From contig OZ024746.1 in the NCBI GenBank assembly GCA_964016885.1, positions 43,338,001-43,402,000 on the forward strand: 64,000 nucleotides of DNA, read 5' to 3'. The first letter of the stretch is position 1. Each line of letters starts with the position of its first letter. Below the pieces are notes generated by a model, which saw nothing but the letters and a program-made list of their open reading frames with translations, was not told the origin of the DNA and did not search any database. The DNA comes from Eledone cirrhosa. Taxonomy: Eukaryota. Shown here in pieces: positions 40,434 to 53,642 of the stretch. The position numbers and the translations under genes were made by a program.

Positions 40434-41785
40434 GAGGAGGGGAAGGAAGATCATCATACTAAGTAAGGAAATATTAAACTAAAATATATATGTAACTAAA
40501 AGTTGGATAATAAATATAATGATTATTTATTCCTTTTTGAATTGGTTTCAATAGAACTGTTTTTTTTTTATGAAAAGCTCCAATTATCTTAAGCACTATG
40601 TCACTTTACATAGGAAAGTTTTTATATGTAAGACTAAAGAACTTAAAGACAATCAGAATTTCGACTAATTAAAACATACGGTTAAACAAATGCACATAAA
40701 TGGTGTTGTTAAAAGTGAAAGTCATTTAAAATAACGCTCATAGTAAGTAGTTTTAGTCAAGTAAATTGGTATAAGGCAATTTCCCTTCTACAGAGAATTC
40801 CTATTCCATTTTTGTACAGATTTGTAAGCCTTGTGTCTGAGTTTTTAGGACAGAAAATAAATCAGCATATCTTCTCACGAATGTGTGTTGTGCTTAGAAT
40901 AAAGATACATTTAGCTTCAAGTTTGACATACTAAGCTGTGAAGTTCACCACATAAGTAGTCACAATATTGTAAAACTGTTATGTGGTTTATTATTTTGCA
41001 ATAATTACTTTCACACACTTATGGAAATCCCATATCTCTAATTATAGGTAAATATTATGATTGATATGCATATGTTTATTAACAGGACAAAGGCTAAAGG
41101 AGTAAATAGAAATGGAAATTATGGTATGAAACCTGAAATCAAACTGATTAATAAGAATGCTTCTATATTTGTGCTGTCTGATATGCTAAATTTAGCAGTC
41201 AAAATTGCCACAACAGATTACTTACAATGTGTAAAATAGGGAGTACATTCTAACACATATCTTGAGATAGTAATTTCACATTAAAAATGAGATCAAGCCA
41301 GGAACTTCAATATGATTAACATCTTATATCTGTATAATCTTCGATTGATGATAATTGGAGTGTACATATTACTGAATTTCCGGCAGACAGATATAATCAT
41401 ACATATTGTCTTCTCTCAGTATGTGATATTTTATTTCTTTACTTTCATTGTGAATTTAGGTAGTAATCTATTCATCAGTTCATAGTATTACTCTTTGAGC
41501 AGGAAGTATCTGATTGATAGAAATTCCAGTGAATAGCCTCATTACACCAATGCTAGTACTGCTTTATCTAGTTATTTCCTGTTATCTGGAAGACTTCCCT
41601 GTTGGATTTTCATAAACATTTAGTATTTCTTAAATGCTAATTCCTGTAGGTTATAATGTGAATGTTTCATTATCACCATTGTTGCATATTTTAATAGCAA
41701 ATAATAAAAGGTTTTGACATCTTCATTATATGGTTTCATAGACATTCTCCTGCAGAAATCAAGTTTAAAATCCAGCATTCTGATA

Positions 41786-41821
<36 letters not shown>

Positions 41822-41916
41822 TGTATGTATGTATGTATGTATGTGTGTGTGTATGTGTGTATGTGTATGTGTGTGTGTGTGTGTGGGTGTGTGTGTGTGT
41901 GTGTACACATACATAG

Positions 41917-42910
41917 GCAAGACAGCTGGGCCATCAGTAACAGTGGCTAACATGTTGGGAGCATCTAGTATGTTAGGTCACATGCTTCTCACAAAGATAG
42001 TGAATTGGGTATTTCAGAATAATGTCATACCCAATGGCTGATGGCTACAGCAGCACCAGCATCAACGGCAAATGAGATGCTCTAAACAGAGGATACTATA
42101 GAGGCATCAAGTTGGTGGACCTAGTCATGAAAGAGGTCTAGTACAACTGATTAAATATAATTAACCAGCTAGTGTCCACCCCAGCAAGGCTGGCTAATGA
42201 GAGTGTGTACTGTATATGCCATTGCATTACAAGCTGAACGAAACAAGCAATCTCTCTGTTGCAAGTCGGGAGGCAGACTGGTTTTTCCAAAGGAAAATGT
42301 ATCCATTGTTCTCCCTGCATACAACTAGTACTGTTAGTCCTTTAACCAGAGAAAGTTCTGGGGTCCTGAGACCATAGATCAGTATTAAGATGGTTGTGTG
42401 TCGCAGACTAAGAAAAACCATCATCGGAAAATGTGTGGAGATTTTGTTACAGGGCTACTACTGATGCAATCCTTCTTGTGTGACAGCTGCATAAAAAGTA
42501 CTAAGCTAACATTAAGCTTCTCTTCCTAGCACATATTGACCTGGAGAAATCGTTCAACAGCATTACCTTCAACAAAAAAGTTTCAGAGTGAAATTAGAAA
42601 ATACTAAATTCTGAATATGTAGGAATAAATACAGAGCTCTGATTCCACCAGGAAATATGTTCTATATGCAGAAAATATGTTAATAGGAATTCAATACTGT
42701 GTACAAAATGTAAATTATGGGTATATAAGAGACATAGCAGGTTCTCAAGCTGCCTAATAAGGAGCAATCAGGTTTGATTGCTCCCTAGAAATAGTTGAAT
42801 CCATCTGCTAATTAAGTGATCTAATTAGCAGTGGAGAAGGATGTTCCTAAAGCACTCCGGCTAGACCAACTGGATGGAAAATTATCAGGAAGTGACTACC
42901 TCTGTTGGAA
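41917..42910 (+). mobile_element. Highly decayed RTE LINE of the PHD-bearing lineage, interrupted at ~42170-42430
   Basis: Remnants YRGIKLVDLVMK, TTDAIL..QL, DLEKSFNS, CSICRK..NSILCTKCKLWVYKR and EIVESICY in order. Confidence 0.65.
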
Positions 42911-43850
42911 GTCAGCCTGGCTTACTTCCCCAGTTACTTCCTTTTCTCCACCCCACACCATACAGAGTCATCCTATTCTTGAAGGCCAAGTACCTGGTGC
43001 TCTCAGGAAGCAGCATGTAATGGTGATTACTCCTACTGTGCCACTCCAACCATGCTCATATCTCCCTCCTATTTCCATTACTGCCACTCTCTGCTTTGCT
43101 CAAGAAACTATTATTGCACTAGTTTTAATGCAACACTGGAATGTACCCAGTACATGGAGTGTTGTCGGTGCCACAATAAAATGCAGCTATGATAATACGC
43201 ATCCAGTACCTGTTGTGAAATGGTTGAAATTATTGATACAAGGCATGCTAAACTAGAACATAAGAGCTCAGCATGGTCATCCAAATTGTCTAGTCTGAAA
43301 ACATGGCAACCAGTCTAATATGCGAGCTTGGGAAATGGACATGAAAGGGTTATAATGATATATATATATATTTTTTTTCCTCCTTTCGTGGATTGTAGTT
43401 GTCTCCCCTTCCCGCTTAGTGACGCTATAATACTTCCTCAGTCAAAAACTGCTGGAATTTCAAATTTGGCGGTCATTCGATGCGAGAAGGAGCAACTTAA
43501 CAGACACAATTTTTAACTGCGGTAAGAATTTTTTTTAATGGGCTTCCACTGATGATTTATAAGCGCGCACCTAAATATATTCTTACATGAATGTATATTA
43601 GGCTTCTACATAAACTGGAAATATTCTCCCAATTTGTAGAAAACTTATAATGAAACAATTGTTTGGAAAGAGAGATGTATTTTAACTTTAATTATATCTC
43701 ATAAAATAATACAACTGGCTTTTCCACATAATACATATTGTTAGCACCCCAAACACTTAAATTGGGTTTATATTAAAATATAACCTAATGTTTGTTGAGT
43801 GAGATGGTTACCAGTCAGAGTTTAGCTTTAAACTATCTCTGTTATTGTAT

Positions 43851-43880
<30 letters not shown>

Positions 43881-43881
<1 letters not shown>

Positions 43882-44155
43882 CATCATCATCATCATCATC
43901 ATCACCGTTTTACGTCCGTTCTTCCACGCTAGCATGGGTTAGACGGGTTGTCCTGTTGTGGGCAGTGTCTGGTCGGCTGACCATGCCTTGCTCATACAGG
44001 AACTGATCTGGCTTGATTTCTACAGCTGGATGCCCTTCCTAACACCAACCTCATTTACAGTGAGTGCTGGGTGCTTTTTCGTGGCGCCTACACGTCCACT
44101 TTACAGTGTGGGCTGGGTGCTTTTTTGCCGTGGCACCTCCACGACCACCTTGCGG
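43881..44155 (-). mobile_element. SINE family A 3' part
   Basis: (cat)n tail, ctggatgcccttcctaacaccaacc, two internal repeats. Confidence 0.8.
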
Positions 44156-44459
44156 TGGGGGGGGGGGGGCATATTGTTTATATGCTTCAGCATGTACCCA
44201 TGGGAGGTCGGGTACCCTGTATTACTGCGTGATGCCAGAAGTCACGGTCGTGTGTCATATATATATATATATATATATGCTTAAAAGTAAGCACAACACA
44301 GGAGCAAAACAATATAGTACAATGAAGATATATATTATTTTAATGCTTGATAGAGTAGGAAAGGAAAAGAGTCTTAACATACATATGTATACATAATTTA
44401 ACTTTCCCATTATTTGTTGATTGCTCTTTTCATTTGTTTGTACACACATGTGAGTGTGT

Positions 44460-44729
44460 GTATATATAAACATATATGTACATATATACATATGCATATA
44501 TATATACATACACACACATATATATATATATATATACACATGCATATATACATATATACATATATACATACATATATATATATACATACATATATATAAA
44601 CATACATATATATAAACATATATACATATATATACATACATACATATATATAAACATATATACATATATATACATACATACATATATATAAACATATATA
44701 CATATATATACATACATACATATATATAC

Positions 44730-44785
<56 letters not shown>

Positions 44786-44990
44786 TTACATACATATATA
44801 TACATATATATATATATATACATGCATACATATATATATACATACATACATATATATATACATATATATATATATAAATACATACATATACATACATACA
44901 TACATACATATATATATATGTGAATATACGTATGTTTGTATATATGTATATACATACATACATACATATATTCACACACACACATATCAT
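44460..44990. repeat. Compound (TA)n/(TACA)n microsatellite
   Basis: Low-complexity alternating purine-pyrimidine run. Confidence 0.9.
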
Positions 44991-46179
44991 ACACAAAATA
45001 GATTTGTAAAGAAAGAAATGTAAGCATCTGTCAACAAATTCCTGTTTAAGACAGCAGCTTGTAGGCTAAAGAATGACTGTATATCAGAGTGACAGGCTAA
45101 GTCATTAAATACTTATAAGTAAAGGGAAAAAGAATTCTGAAATTAAATTTTTTTTTAAATTGAGAAAAAGTAAGAACAAACAAATAAATTTCCCCTACAG
45201 CCTATAAGAACTGACCAACAACAGACTTTTAATAGATGTAATGGAATAATGTCAGTGATCAGGCCTTAAGTGCCCCACAGCAGTTTTTGACATGTTATCG
45301 TATCTAATACAATATTTCAGAAAATAAAATAAAACAAAAGTGAGTATAACGGTATATGTGTCTTTTAAATGACTATCACGATACATTGTACAACCTAATT
45401 CAGTTTCAACACGCAATCACAGATGAAGTCAGTAGCCAAATCAGCACGTCTCTGAATTATATATTTACACACATACACACTCACCGAATGAGAGAAAACA
45501 TAAATCTTGATGTAATGTTAAAGTAATGAACTTCAACAATAATTATAATGTAGCATCATCATCATCAATTAATGTTTGTTTTCACTGCTAGTAATGGTTG
45601 GACAAATCATCATAGACTGAGTATTCAAGCAGAGCTGCTGATATCTCAGATGGATTGTGGGCCTACATCATGCTTACATACATTCTTGCACTCAAATGAG
45701 TACTTGGGCGGGCCGGGGGCCTGTATGTCACAAAACATTCCCACACTGTACTGAATGGATCTTATCTTGGCACCCAGCACTAGGGAGGTTGTCATATTTT
45801 TGACTCTGCTGATGAGTCATTCTAACCTTTTATTTGACAAGTTTTCTATCCAGGATCACCCCCACTCTCTTTAAAATCTAATGCACTTGTCATAATGCCT
45901 TAGAAGCTGTTCACATTATCATAGCATCTTGACACATTATCTGAGAACCTGCAAATCTACCTTCCTTATCATCATATGTTTTTGACAATTTACTTGTCCC
46001 TCCCTATATGTTTGCTAGGTTTAAGAGGACAACATGAAAAATACTAACTTGGAACATATCAGAATGTAAACAATTTCATAATAGCTCTCTAATGAGGTCA
46101 TATAAAGTAAATGACTGATGTCATTGAAAGACGTATAACAGCAAAGATATAATTAATAAAATGATATAATTTTCTTAAT

Positions 46180-46417
46180 TATGTCAGAGATCACAGCAAA
46201 GAATTGCTGGACAGATTTTATTGGGCAAAACCAACAGGCAGGAGATCCTGGGGTAGACCCCGAGCAAGATGGTTGGATAACATCCATGAGCTTGTTTGGT
46301 CTCACTTGGGGATCTAGCCGGACCAGTTGGAGATGGTTGATTCTGACACGATCCACTGGAAGAAGTGTCTGAGGACTCCACGACCCTCGCAGGAATAAGT
46401 GGGCAAAGAAGAAGAAG
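46180..46417 (+). mobile_element. Expander/Rex3-like RTE LINE 3' fragment
   Basis: Translates GRRSWGRPRARWLDNIHELVWSHLGI; ends ccacgaccctcgcaggaataagtggg plus (gaa)n tail. Confidence 0.65.
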
Positions 46418-47361
46418 CTATAAAATTCCAGAACAGCCTTATTTTTTCCTTTTATATACAAAAACCTCATTATACAATGTTGAGCGCTAAAACCTGAGTA
46501 CATAAGTGTTAGCTGATCGACATGTACAAGTGCAAAACAATGACCAATTAATGAACATGAACAAACCAAATACATATACATACATATATATATATATATA
46601 TAGTTTCAGAAGATCCCGTTAAGGGTGAAAGCAGCGATTCTTTACTTAAACTTTAATCTGTTCTTATAATAAATATATATATATGTGTGTGTATATTTTA
46701 ATGATATATTGAATTTGTTAACAGCCTTGAAGCAACACAATCTGAAATATTAGCGTATGCTCATACATACATATGTGAGTGTGTGAGCATGGGGGATTTA
46801 CACTCATATGATATTGTAATTAAGCCAAAAGAAGTACTTGATAAGGTAGAAAGGAATAACATTTATTGAAAGCTTTGTCTGTATGAGTTGAGACTTGTTG
46901 TTTTTTCACTTATTATTTATAATAATATACTCTCCCTGCTTCTGTTGATATTATAACATGTTCACAATTCTACAATTTCCTTTTTACAATTATGACATTA
47001 TGAATAAGTGATGTAACAAACTTAGAATTTTTGCATATAGAATGACATTATATATCAAAGATCCACATAAAAAAAAAATGATTATCACAATTAAATGCTG
47101 ATTCTATCATTTTCATTATTATAATGTAGTAGGTTACATCATAGGTTGTTAGTTCCCTTCTACTTAATATGTATATAGGAATTTCAAATACAGATTTGTT
47201 GTTTTACTGAATTCTTCCAAACATCATTAATGTAATTAACCATTATCAATACTAATTTTGGAAAATTGGAATTCTAATATAACTACAAAAATAATATCGG
47301 TTGAGAAATATCAAAAGCAAATTCTCTCAACTTTTTTCAAAATCACTTATATAATAATTAT

Positions 47362-47532
47362 TTTTAATTTTGGCACAAGGCCAGCAATTATCCCAGTGCA
47401 TTTTGGTGCTTTATTTTATAAACCCTGTAAGGATGAAAGGCAGAGTTCACCTTGGCAGGATTTGAACCCAAACCGTAAAGGGCCGTAACTCTATACTGCA
47501 AAGCAAGGCGTCTGACCCTCTACTGATACTGC
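47362..47532 (-). mobile_element. SINE family B
   Basis: ttttggcacaaggccagcaatt...ggatgaaaggc...tttgaacc...accctctactgatactgc. Confidence 0.82.
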
Positions 47533-49037
47533 AAGCAACTATAACTATTGAAGTTACGTGTTTAACCTTTTCCCCAAAAGTAAGCAGATAAATGTATCAA
47601 TATTTCATTTCAATCAAATTCTATATTTACTAATGAATTCTTCTAAACTTATTGGAAATCAATTTAAAAAACTTCTACATATTGTACCTGTGAATTTATT
47701 TGAATTCACATAAACTGATCAATTTTATTTAAGGTAGTATAACTAAGTAGAAATATTTTAGAATATTCTGGAGGAAGAAAACAAATTCAAGGGGGAAAAA
47801 TACAAAATGAATATGAAAAAATGTTGACTTTTAAAAACTGCAAAAGATTAAGAGCCTGCACATAGAAGAGTTTTCTGTAGAAGAGTATTAAGTAGATTAT
47901 AGCATAGTTTTCCTTTCTACATCCATAAAACTTCAACATTTATCTATTTAGATCTATCTATGAAGTAGATACCATAATTCTGTAAATATATTAACATTTA
48001 CAAAATATTAAAATATGTGTTATTTAACTGATGTCAAAAATGAAATTATTTATATTCAATGAAAGCACCACAATGTTTAAAGCAAAGGTAAATTTACCAT
48101 GAACTATTTTAGTTAGGATCATTTTCAAATATTACACCACAAATACTATGCCAAAATTCACAGCAATTGACAAAGACATGACATTAAACTTTTTTGGATT
48201 GTGCTGTCACAATGGCTGACTTGATAAGGTGCCAGTTTCTGAGGCTAAAAAGTATTGTAGGTTAGTTTCTACATTTGATGCCAAAATTAGGACTTAAATA
48301 TTTAACCTATTTACCTGGGATTAGAACAGTTATGAATAATATTTACCTGGAAAGGGGAAAATGAATTTGTGGTATATGGTGATGGAATTAAAATCTTTTC
48401 AATGAGAATAAAAAATTCAAATTAGTTTTCAAAGAGAAAAATTGCATTCTATTTTGAAATTGCTTTTTACTTTCCATGAACAAATCATGGAACAAATCAT
48501 GGAAAATTAATTACTCACAGAACTTATAAACTAGAAAATGAAAGCAAAGTGTGTATATTTTAAAACAAATACCTTTTAAAGTGTCCCATTTAAAATTGCA
48601 ATTTCTTAGAATATATTATTTCCAATGCGCAGACAAGAAAAGGAAATTATGTCAATGATAATTTATGAATTTATCAAATAAAAAAGGAAAACCAAAGCAA
48701 ACAGTTTTTGTACCAGGGAGCTAGCAGAATGTTCAAAACATAAAATTAATTATGTTATAAGCTATTTACCAACATTATGTGATGAATATAATAAAGGTTA
48801 GTTCCCATATTTTTAATAAATATATTGCATAGTTCCCATATTTTTAAATATATTACAGTGTTCATTACAAATAATTGAAAATGTATGTGTTTTTAATGAA
48901 ATATAAAATGCTACATTGTTTTGACAGTTTCGATTTAAAAGTGGTTAGTAGAGATATCAAGTTTCAGGATAATTTTTGTCAATTTCTGAATCAAATGCCG
49001 CTATATATGTTGTGATTATCCTGTTGTTGTGTTGTGG

Positions 49038-49200
49038 ATCCAATGGGATCTTTTCGGAAAACTCAATTTTCAATATCTTTGTGTCAGTACTATGATAAAT
49101 CAGCCTCCTGAAAGTATAATAATGTTTTCATCTGGCCAATTTGTCACAATCTTGAGGCAAAGATACAGAAAATTGAGTTTTCTGATAGTCCTATTGGATT
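49038..49200. mobile_element. Degenerate foldback MITE
   Basis: ~65-bp imperfect inverted arms; core gaaaactcaattttc / gaaaattgagttttc. Confidence 0.65.
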
Positions 49201-49215
49201 AGCAATTCTAGATAT

Positions 49216-49480
49216 TGCCCACCTTTTCATTGTCACGGTCCTTCGTCATCCCCTCGGTGAGATTCAGCGATCTGAGGTCTGCTCTCACCAACTCCACTCA
49301 TGTTTTTTGTGGTCTACCTCTACTGCATCTTCCTTCTACTGGGATTTCTTGGCACTTCTTTACCCAGCGGTCATCCTCCATGTGCATCACATGTCCATAC
49401 CATCTCATCCTTCTCTCCTGCACACCACAACTTATCCCTCTCATACCCAGTTTCTTTCTCAACTCGTCTATGCTTGGTCA
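49216..49480 (-). mobile_element. RTE LINE 3' fragment (same family)
   Basis: Matches 1663-1905 and the reverse complement of 25495-25760. Confidence 0.85.
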
Positions 49481-49586
49481 TTCATATACATATATACAAT
49501 ATATATATATACACACATATATATATATACACATACATATATATATACACATACATATATATATATACACATATATATATACACGT

Positions 49587-49647
<61 letters not shown>

Positions 49648-49769
49648 TATATATATATATATATACACATACATATATATATATATATATAGCAGTTGAT
49701 TGACTTTCATCAAATCGGACCGAGGAAACAATGTTTCCACTGGTCTTTCCAATTGCTAATAATATCTAT

Positions 49770-50250
49770 CAGTCACAACTCCAGGTGGAAGGAGTGACGT
49801 GAAATAAAGTGTCTTGCTCAAGGTCATAACGCATCAACCAGTCCAGGAATCTAATTCATAACCTCACAATTGTGAATCCTATTCGCTACCCAGTCAGCCA
49901 CGCACCTTTACACATACACATACATACATATATATATTGGCAACATGACCCTCCCAAAGTATAACAACATATATATATATTCATATTCACATACATACAT
50001 CATCATCATCATCATCATTTAACGTCCATTTTCCACACTAGCATGGGTCTGGACGGGAATTGTCCCACTTGAGGCAAGATTGGTTATCTTGCTCAGGACT
50101 GTCTGGCGGGTTTTCTACGACTGGATGCCCTTCCTAACAACAACCACATTTACAGTGTGGACTGGGAGGTTTTTACCATGTTACCTACACGGCCACATTA
50201 CAGTGTGGACTGTGTATTTTTTTTGTCGTGACACCTACACGACCTCATTT
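49770..50250 (-). mobile_element. Two SINE A-related fragments (head 49770-49905; tail 50000-50250)
   Basis: gtgaaataaagtgtcttgctcaagg; (cat)n-ttaacgtccattttccac...ctggatgcccttcctaac. Confidence 0.65.
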
Positions 50251-50625
50251 ATTTAGGACTGGATGTTGTGGTACCAACATAGCTTTACATCGAAAGGGGT
50301 GGTATAGATGACGGTGGGGGTAGGGTTAGTGGGACGGAGGTATATTTTGGTTAAGAGGTGCCTACTGACTACATATATATATATCATATACATATATATA
50401 TATATATATATACATATACATACATATACACATATATATACATACATATACACATACATATACATACATATACACATACATACATATATATATACATATA
50501 CACATATATATATATATATACATATACACATACATATATATATATACATACATATATATATACATATACACACATATATATATATATATACATATATATA
50601 TACATACATATGCACATACATATAT

Positions 50626-51780
50626 AGAGCAGTTGATGTTGGAACTCGAAAAATACTAAACAACACCAGAAACTTCCACATTAACAGTGACATAGACCGC
50701 CTTTACTTGAAACGTAAGCAGGGAGGCAGAGGCCTAACATCAGTCCTGACAACATTTGAATGTTGCATCATATCTCTCCGACAACATCTACGAACCTCGA
50801 AGCGTAGGAGCCCGTTTCTCGAGCAAGTCTATCTGCATGAAGCAGATAAGATCATGAGAGTTGGGAAGAAACTCCTCAAGAGATATTCCCTGTGTGATAA
50901 TAAAAAACTCGCACCCAGGGGAGTCGTTCAGCAGTATCGCAGTGAATCCATGGATAAAAAACTGCATACTTATCAGCAAAACATCATGCATGGATATGTT
51001 GCCAGGAAGCTCCAGAGTGAGAGTAATATAGATAAGGAAAGTAGTTTATCTTGGACCAACAACCGCTATATTGGCTCCCACTTTGAAGGATACGCTTTTG
51101 CAATCCAAGAACAGGAGATTAACACAAAATATCTGATTCACAAAAGAGATAGGGATGCAGGCAAAACACCTAGATGTGATAACAAGTGCAGACTCTGCAG
51201 AACTAACATCGAGGATATCACCCATGTCATCATCAGCTGTCCAAAGATGTCATCACGGTACTATCTACCTATAAGGCATGATGTAGTGGCCAAAACACTG
51301 TACAATGCAGTTCGTAAAAAAGATAGCCCCGATAATAAACACATTAAAAGCTACAGCAATGTGGAAGACATCCATGTACATAATATAAAAGAGTACTGGT
51401 GGAATGTTCCAGTAAAAATCCCAATAAAATGCAGGCATAACAGACCAGATATTATGATATGGGACAGGGAGAAGAAAGCATGCACAGTAGTGGAAATTAG
51501 CTGTCCAGCAGATGCCAATATAATATCAAAGATTAGTGAAAAGGAGAATATTTATGCAGAACTGATGAGAAATCTGCAGATACTCCACCCTGATTACACC
51601 TTCAGATTTATGCCTGTGATTATTGGCGCGAAGGAGTATGTTAGTAACTGCCTCAATACAAATCTTGAGAAGCTAGGCTTCACAGGAACAGAAAGAACAC
51701 TACTAGTTAGGAAATTACAAGTACAATCCATTAATGGAACAGTAAAAACATGTAAAACATTCCAAAAATTTTGCATCTAA
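50626..51780 (+). CDS. C-terminal 384 aa of an RLE-type retrotransposon protein (post-RT region, CCHC finger, restriction-like endonuclease); no start codon
   Basis: [16 protein letters not shown]; AIQEQEINT; C-x2-C-x8-H-x4-C (CRLC...H....C); RHD; RPD-x14-E; K...Y; the first 106 aa of track ORF 50308 are microsatellite or flank. Confidence 0.88.
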   Translation, partial: RAVDVGTRKILNNTRNFHINSDIDRLYLKRKQGGRGLTSVLTTFECCIISLRQHLRTSKRRSPFLEQVYLHEADKIMRVGKKLLKRYSLCDNKKLAPRGVVQQYRSESMDKKLHTYQQNIMHGYVARKLQSESNIDKESSLSWTNNRYIGSHFEGYAFAIQEQEINTKYLIHKRDRDAGKTPRCDNKCRLCRTNIEDITHVIISCPKMSSRYYLPIRHDVVAKTLYNAVRKKDSPDNKHIKSYSNVEDIHVHNIKEYWWNVPVKIPIKCRHNRPDIMIWDREKKACTVVEISCPADANIISKISEKENIYAELMRNLQILHPDYTFRFMPVIIGAKEYVSNCLNTNLEKLGFTGTERTLLVRKLQVQSINGTVKTCKTFQKFCI

Positions 51781-52007
51781 TAACTGCATATACACATGTA
51801 CAGATGCAAAGCATATACACATGCACACATACAACTCAAAGCATACACATCCACACATACAATAACATCCATATCACCACATGCATGCATACATACATAT
51901 CTACCTAGTTGATGTTGTGTAAATTCCAATGAGAGAGTCTTGTGTGTATGTTAGAAAACGACTCTCTCTATTGGTAAAACTTTGTGAAATTATAAAACCA
52001 GAAGAAC
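50626..52007 (+). mobile_element. R4/Dong-like non-LTR retrotransposon, 5'-truncated
   Basis: Open C-terminal ORF and ~225-nt 3' UTR; both junctions lie in TA-rich microsatellite. Confidence 0.88.
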
Positions 52008-52016
52008 ATATATATA

Positions 52017-52362
52017 TCATTTCATCATCATTTCATTTTACGTCCACTTTTTCCCCTGCTTGCAAGGGTGGGACGGGAACTGATTCTGGCTTGATTTCTA
52101 CAGCTGGATGCCCTTCCTAACACCAACCTCATTTACAGTGAGTGCTGGGTGCTTTTTTGCCGTGGCACCTCCACAACCACTTTACAGTGGAATGATAGGG
52201 ACCCCAGTCCCTACCATCTCATTTCTACAGCTGAGTAAACTGGAGCAATGTGAAATAAAGTGTCTTGCTCAAGGAAACAACACATCACCCGGTCTGAGAA
52301 TTGAACTCACAACCTTTCGATTGCAAGGCCAATGCTCTAACCACTAAGCCATGTGCCTCCAT
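52017..52362 (-). mobile_element. SINE family A, full length
   Basis: Nearly identical to 37815-38151. Confidence 0.9.
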
Positions 52363-52369
52363 ATATTTT

Positions 52370-52407
52370 AAATATATACACATACATATATATATATATA
52401 GATATAC

Positions 52408-52476
<69 letters not shown>

Positions 52477-52477
52477 C

Positions 52478-52518
<41 letters not shown>

Positions 52519-52715
52519 TACATATATATACACACATGCATATATATATATACACACAAACATATATATATATACACACATGCATATATATATATACACA
52601 CAAACATATATATATATATACACACATGCATATATATATATACACACATACATATATATATATACACACATACATATATATATATATATACACACATACA
52701 TATATATATATATAT

Positions 52716-52797
<82 letters not shown>

Positions 52798-52831
52798 ATA
52801 TATATATATATACACACATACATATATATAT

Positions 52832-52870
<39 letters not shown>
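52370..52870. repeat. Compound (TA)n/(CA)n microsatellite
   Basis: Low-complexity run with higher-order units. Confidence 0.9.
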
Positions 52871-52873
<3 letters not shown>

Positions 52874-52902
52874 AAATGTGTGTAATCCTTGGTACAGTTA
52901 GG

Positions 52903-53326
52903 TATATTAAGACAGGGGGGAAGAAAAAAATGGCTGCACTTGTGCTTTCAACAAATTTATTTTCTTCACAAAATCCAAAAAGAATTTTTTTCCGGATTAG
53001 AAAAAAAAAAAAATAAATAAATAAATAAATAATTTTTTTTTTTTTTTTAATAAATTGAGTCGTTGGTTGTTGGTTAGGTTTTAGGAGTTCTTGGTTAACG
53101 TAGGAGGTATTGTTTCGTTTTTAGAAAGACCTTTCACGCTGAGGTGCGCTTGTCAAACTGATGTGTATGTGGTGTGTTGTTCTATATATAGGGATTTAAC
53201 ATGTTTGTGGTGCGGTGGGGGGTTTTTTCTCCCCCTTTAATAAGTGTAGGTGTGTTTTGTGAAGAAAATAAATTTGTTGAAAGCACAAGTGAAGCCATTT
53301 TTTTGTTCCCCCCTGTCTTAATATAT
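52903..53326. mobile_element. MITE-like element with ~70-bp terminal inverted repeats
   Basis: tattaagacagggggg...ttcttcacaaaa (52903-52973) is inverted at 53254-53325. Confidence 0.7.
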
Positions 53327-53394
53327 ATATATATATATACACACATATATATATATATATATAGACACATACATATATATATATATATATACAT

Positions 53395-53431
<37 letters not shown>

Positions 53432-53516
53432 TACATATATATATTATATATATATATACACACACACATATATATATATTATATATATATATATACACAC
53501 ATATATATATATATAT

Positions 53517-53562
<46 letters not shown>

Positions 53563-53642
53563 ATATATATATATATATACACATATATATATTTATACAC
53601 ATACATATATATATATATACACATACATATATATATATATAT

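Noticed and set aside
43440-43580. tttcaaatttggcgg (CHR/E2F-like) and ctgatga (hammerhead-like) motifs
   Set aside because: Short motifs with no linked gene; ctgatga lacks a following stem and GAAA
50308-50625. N-terminal 106 aa of the 490-aa ORF
   Set aside because: Chance in-frame read-through of flank and microsatellite into the truncated retrotransposon ORF; not a real fusion protein
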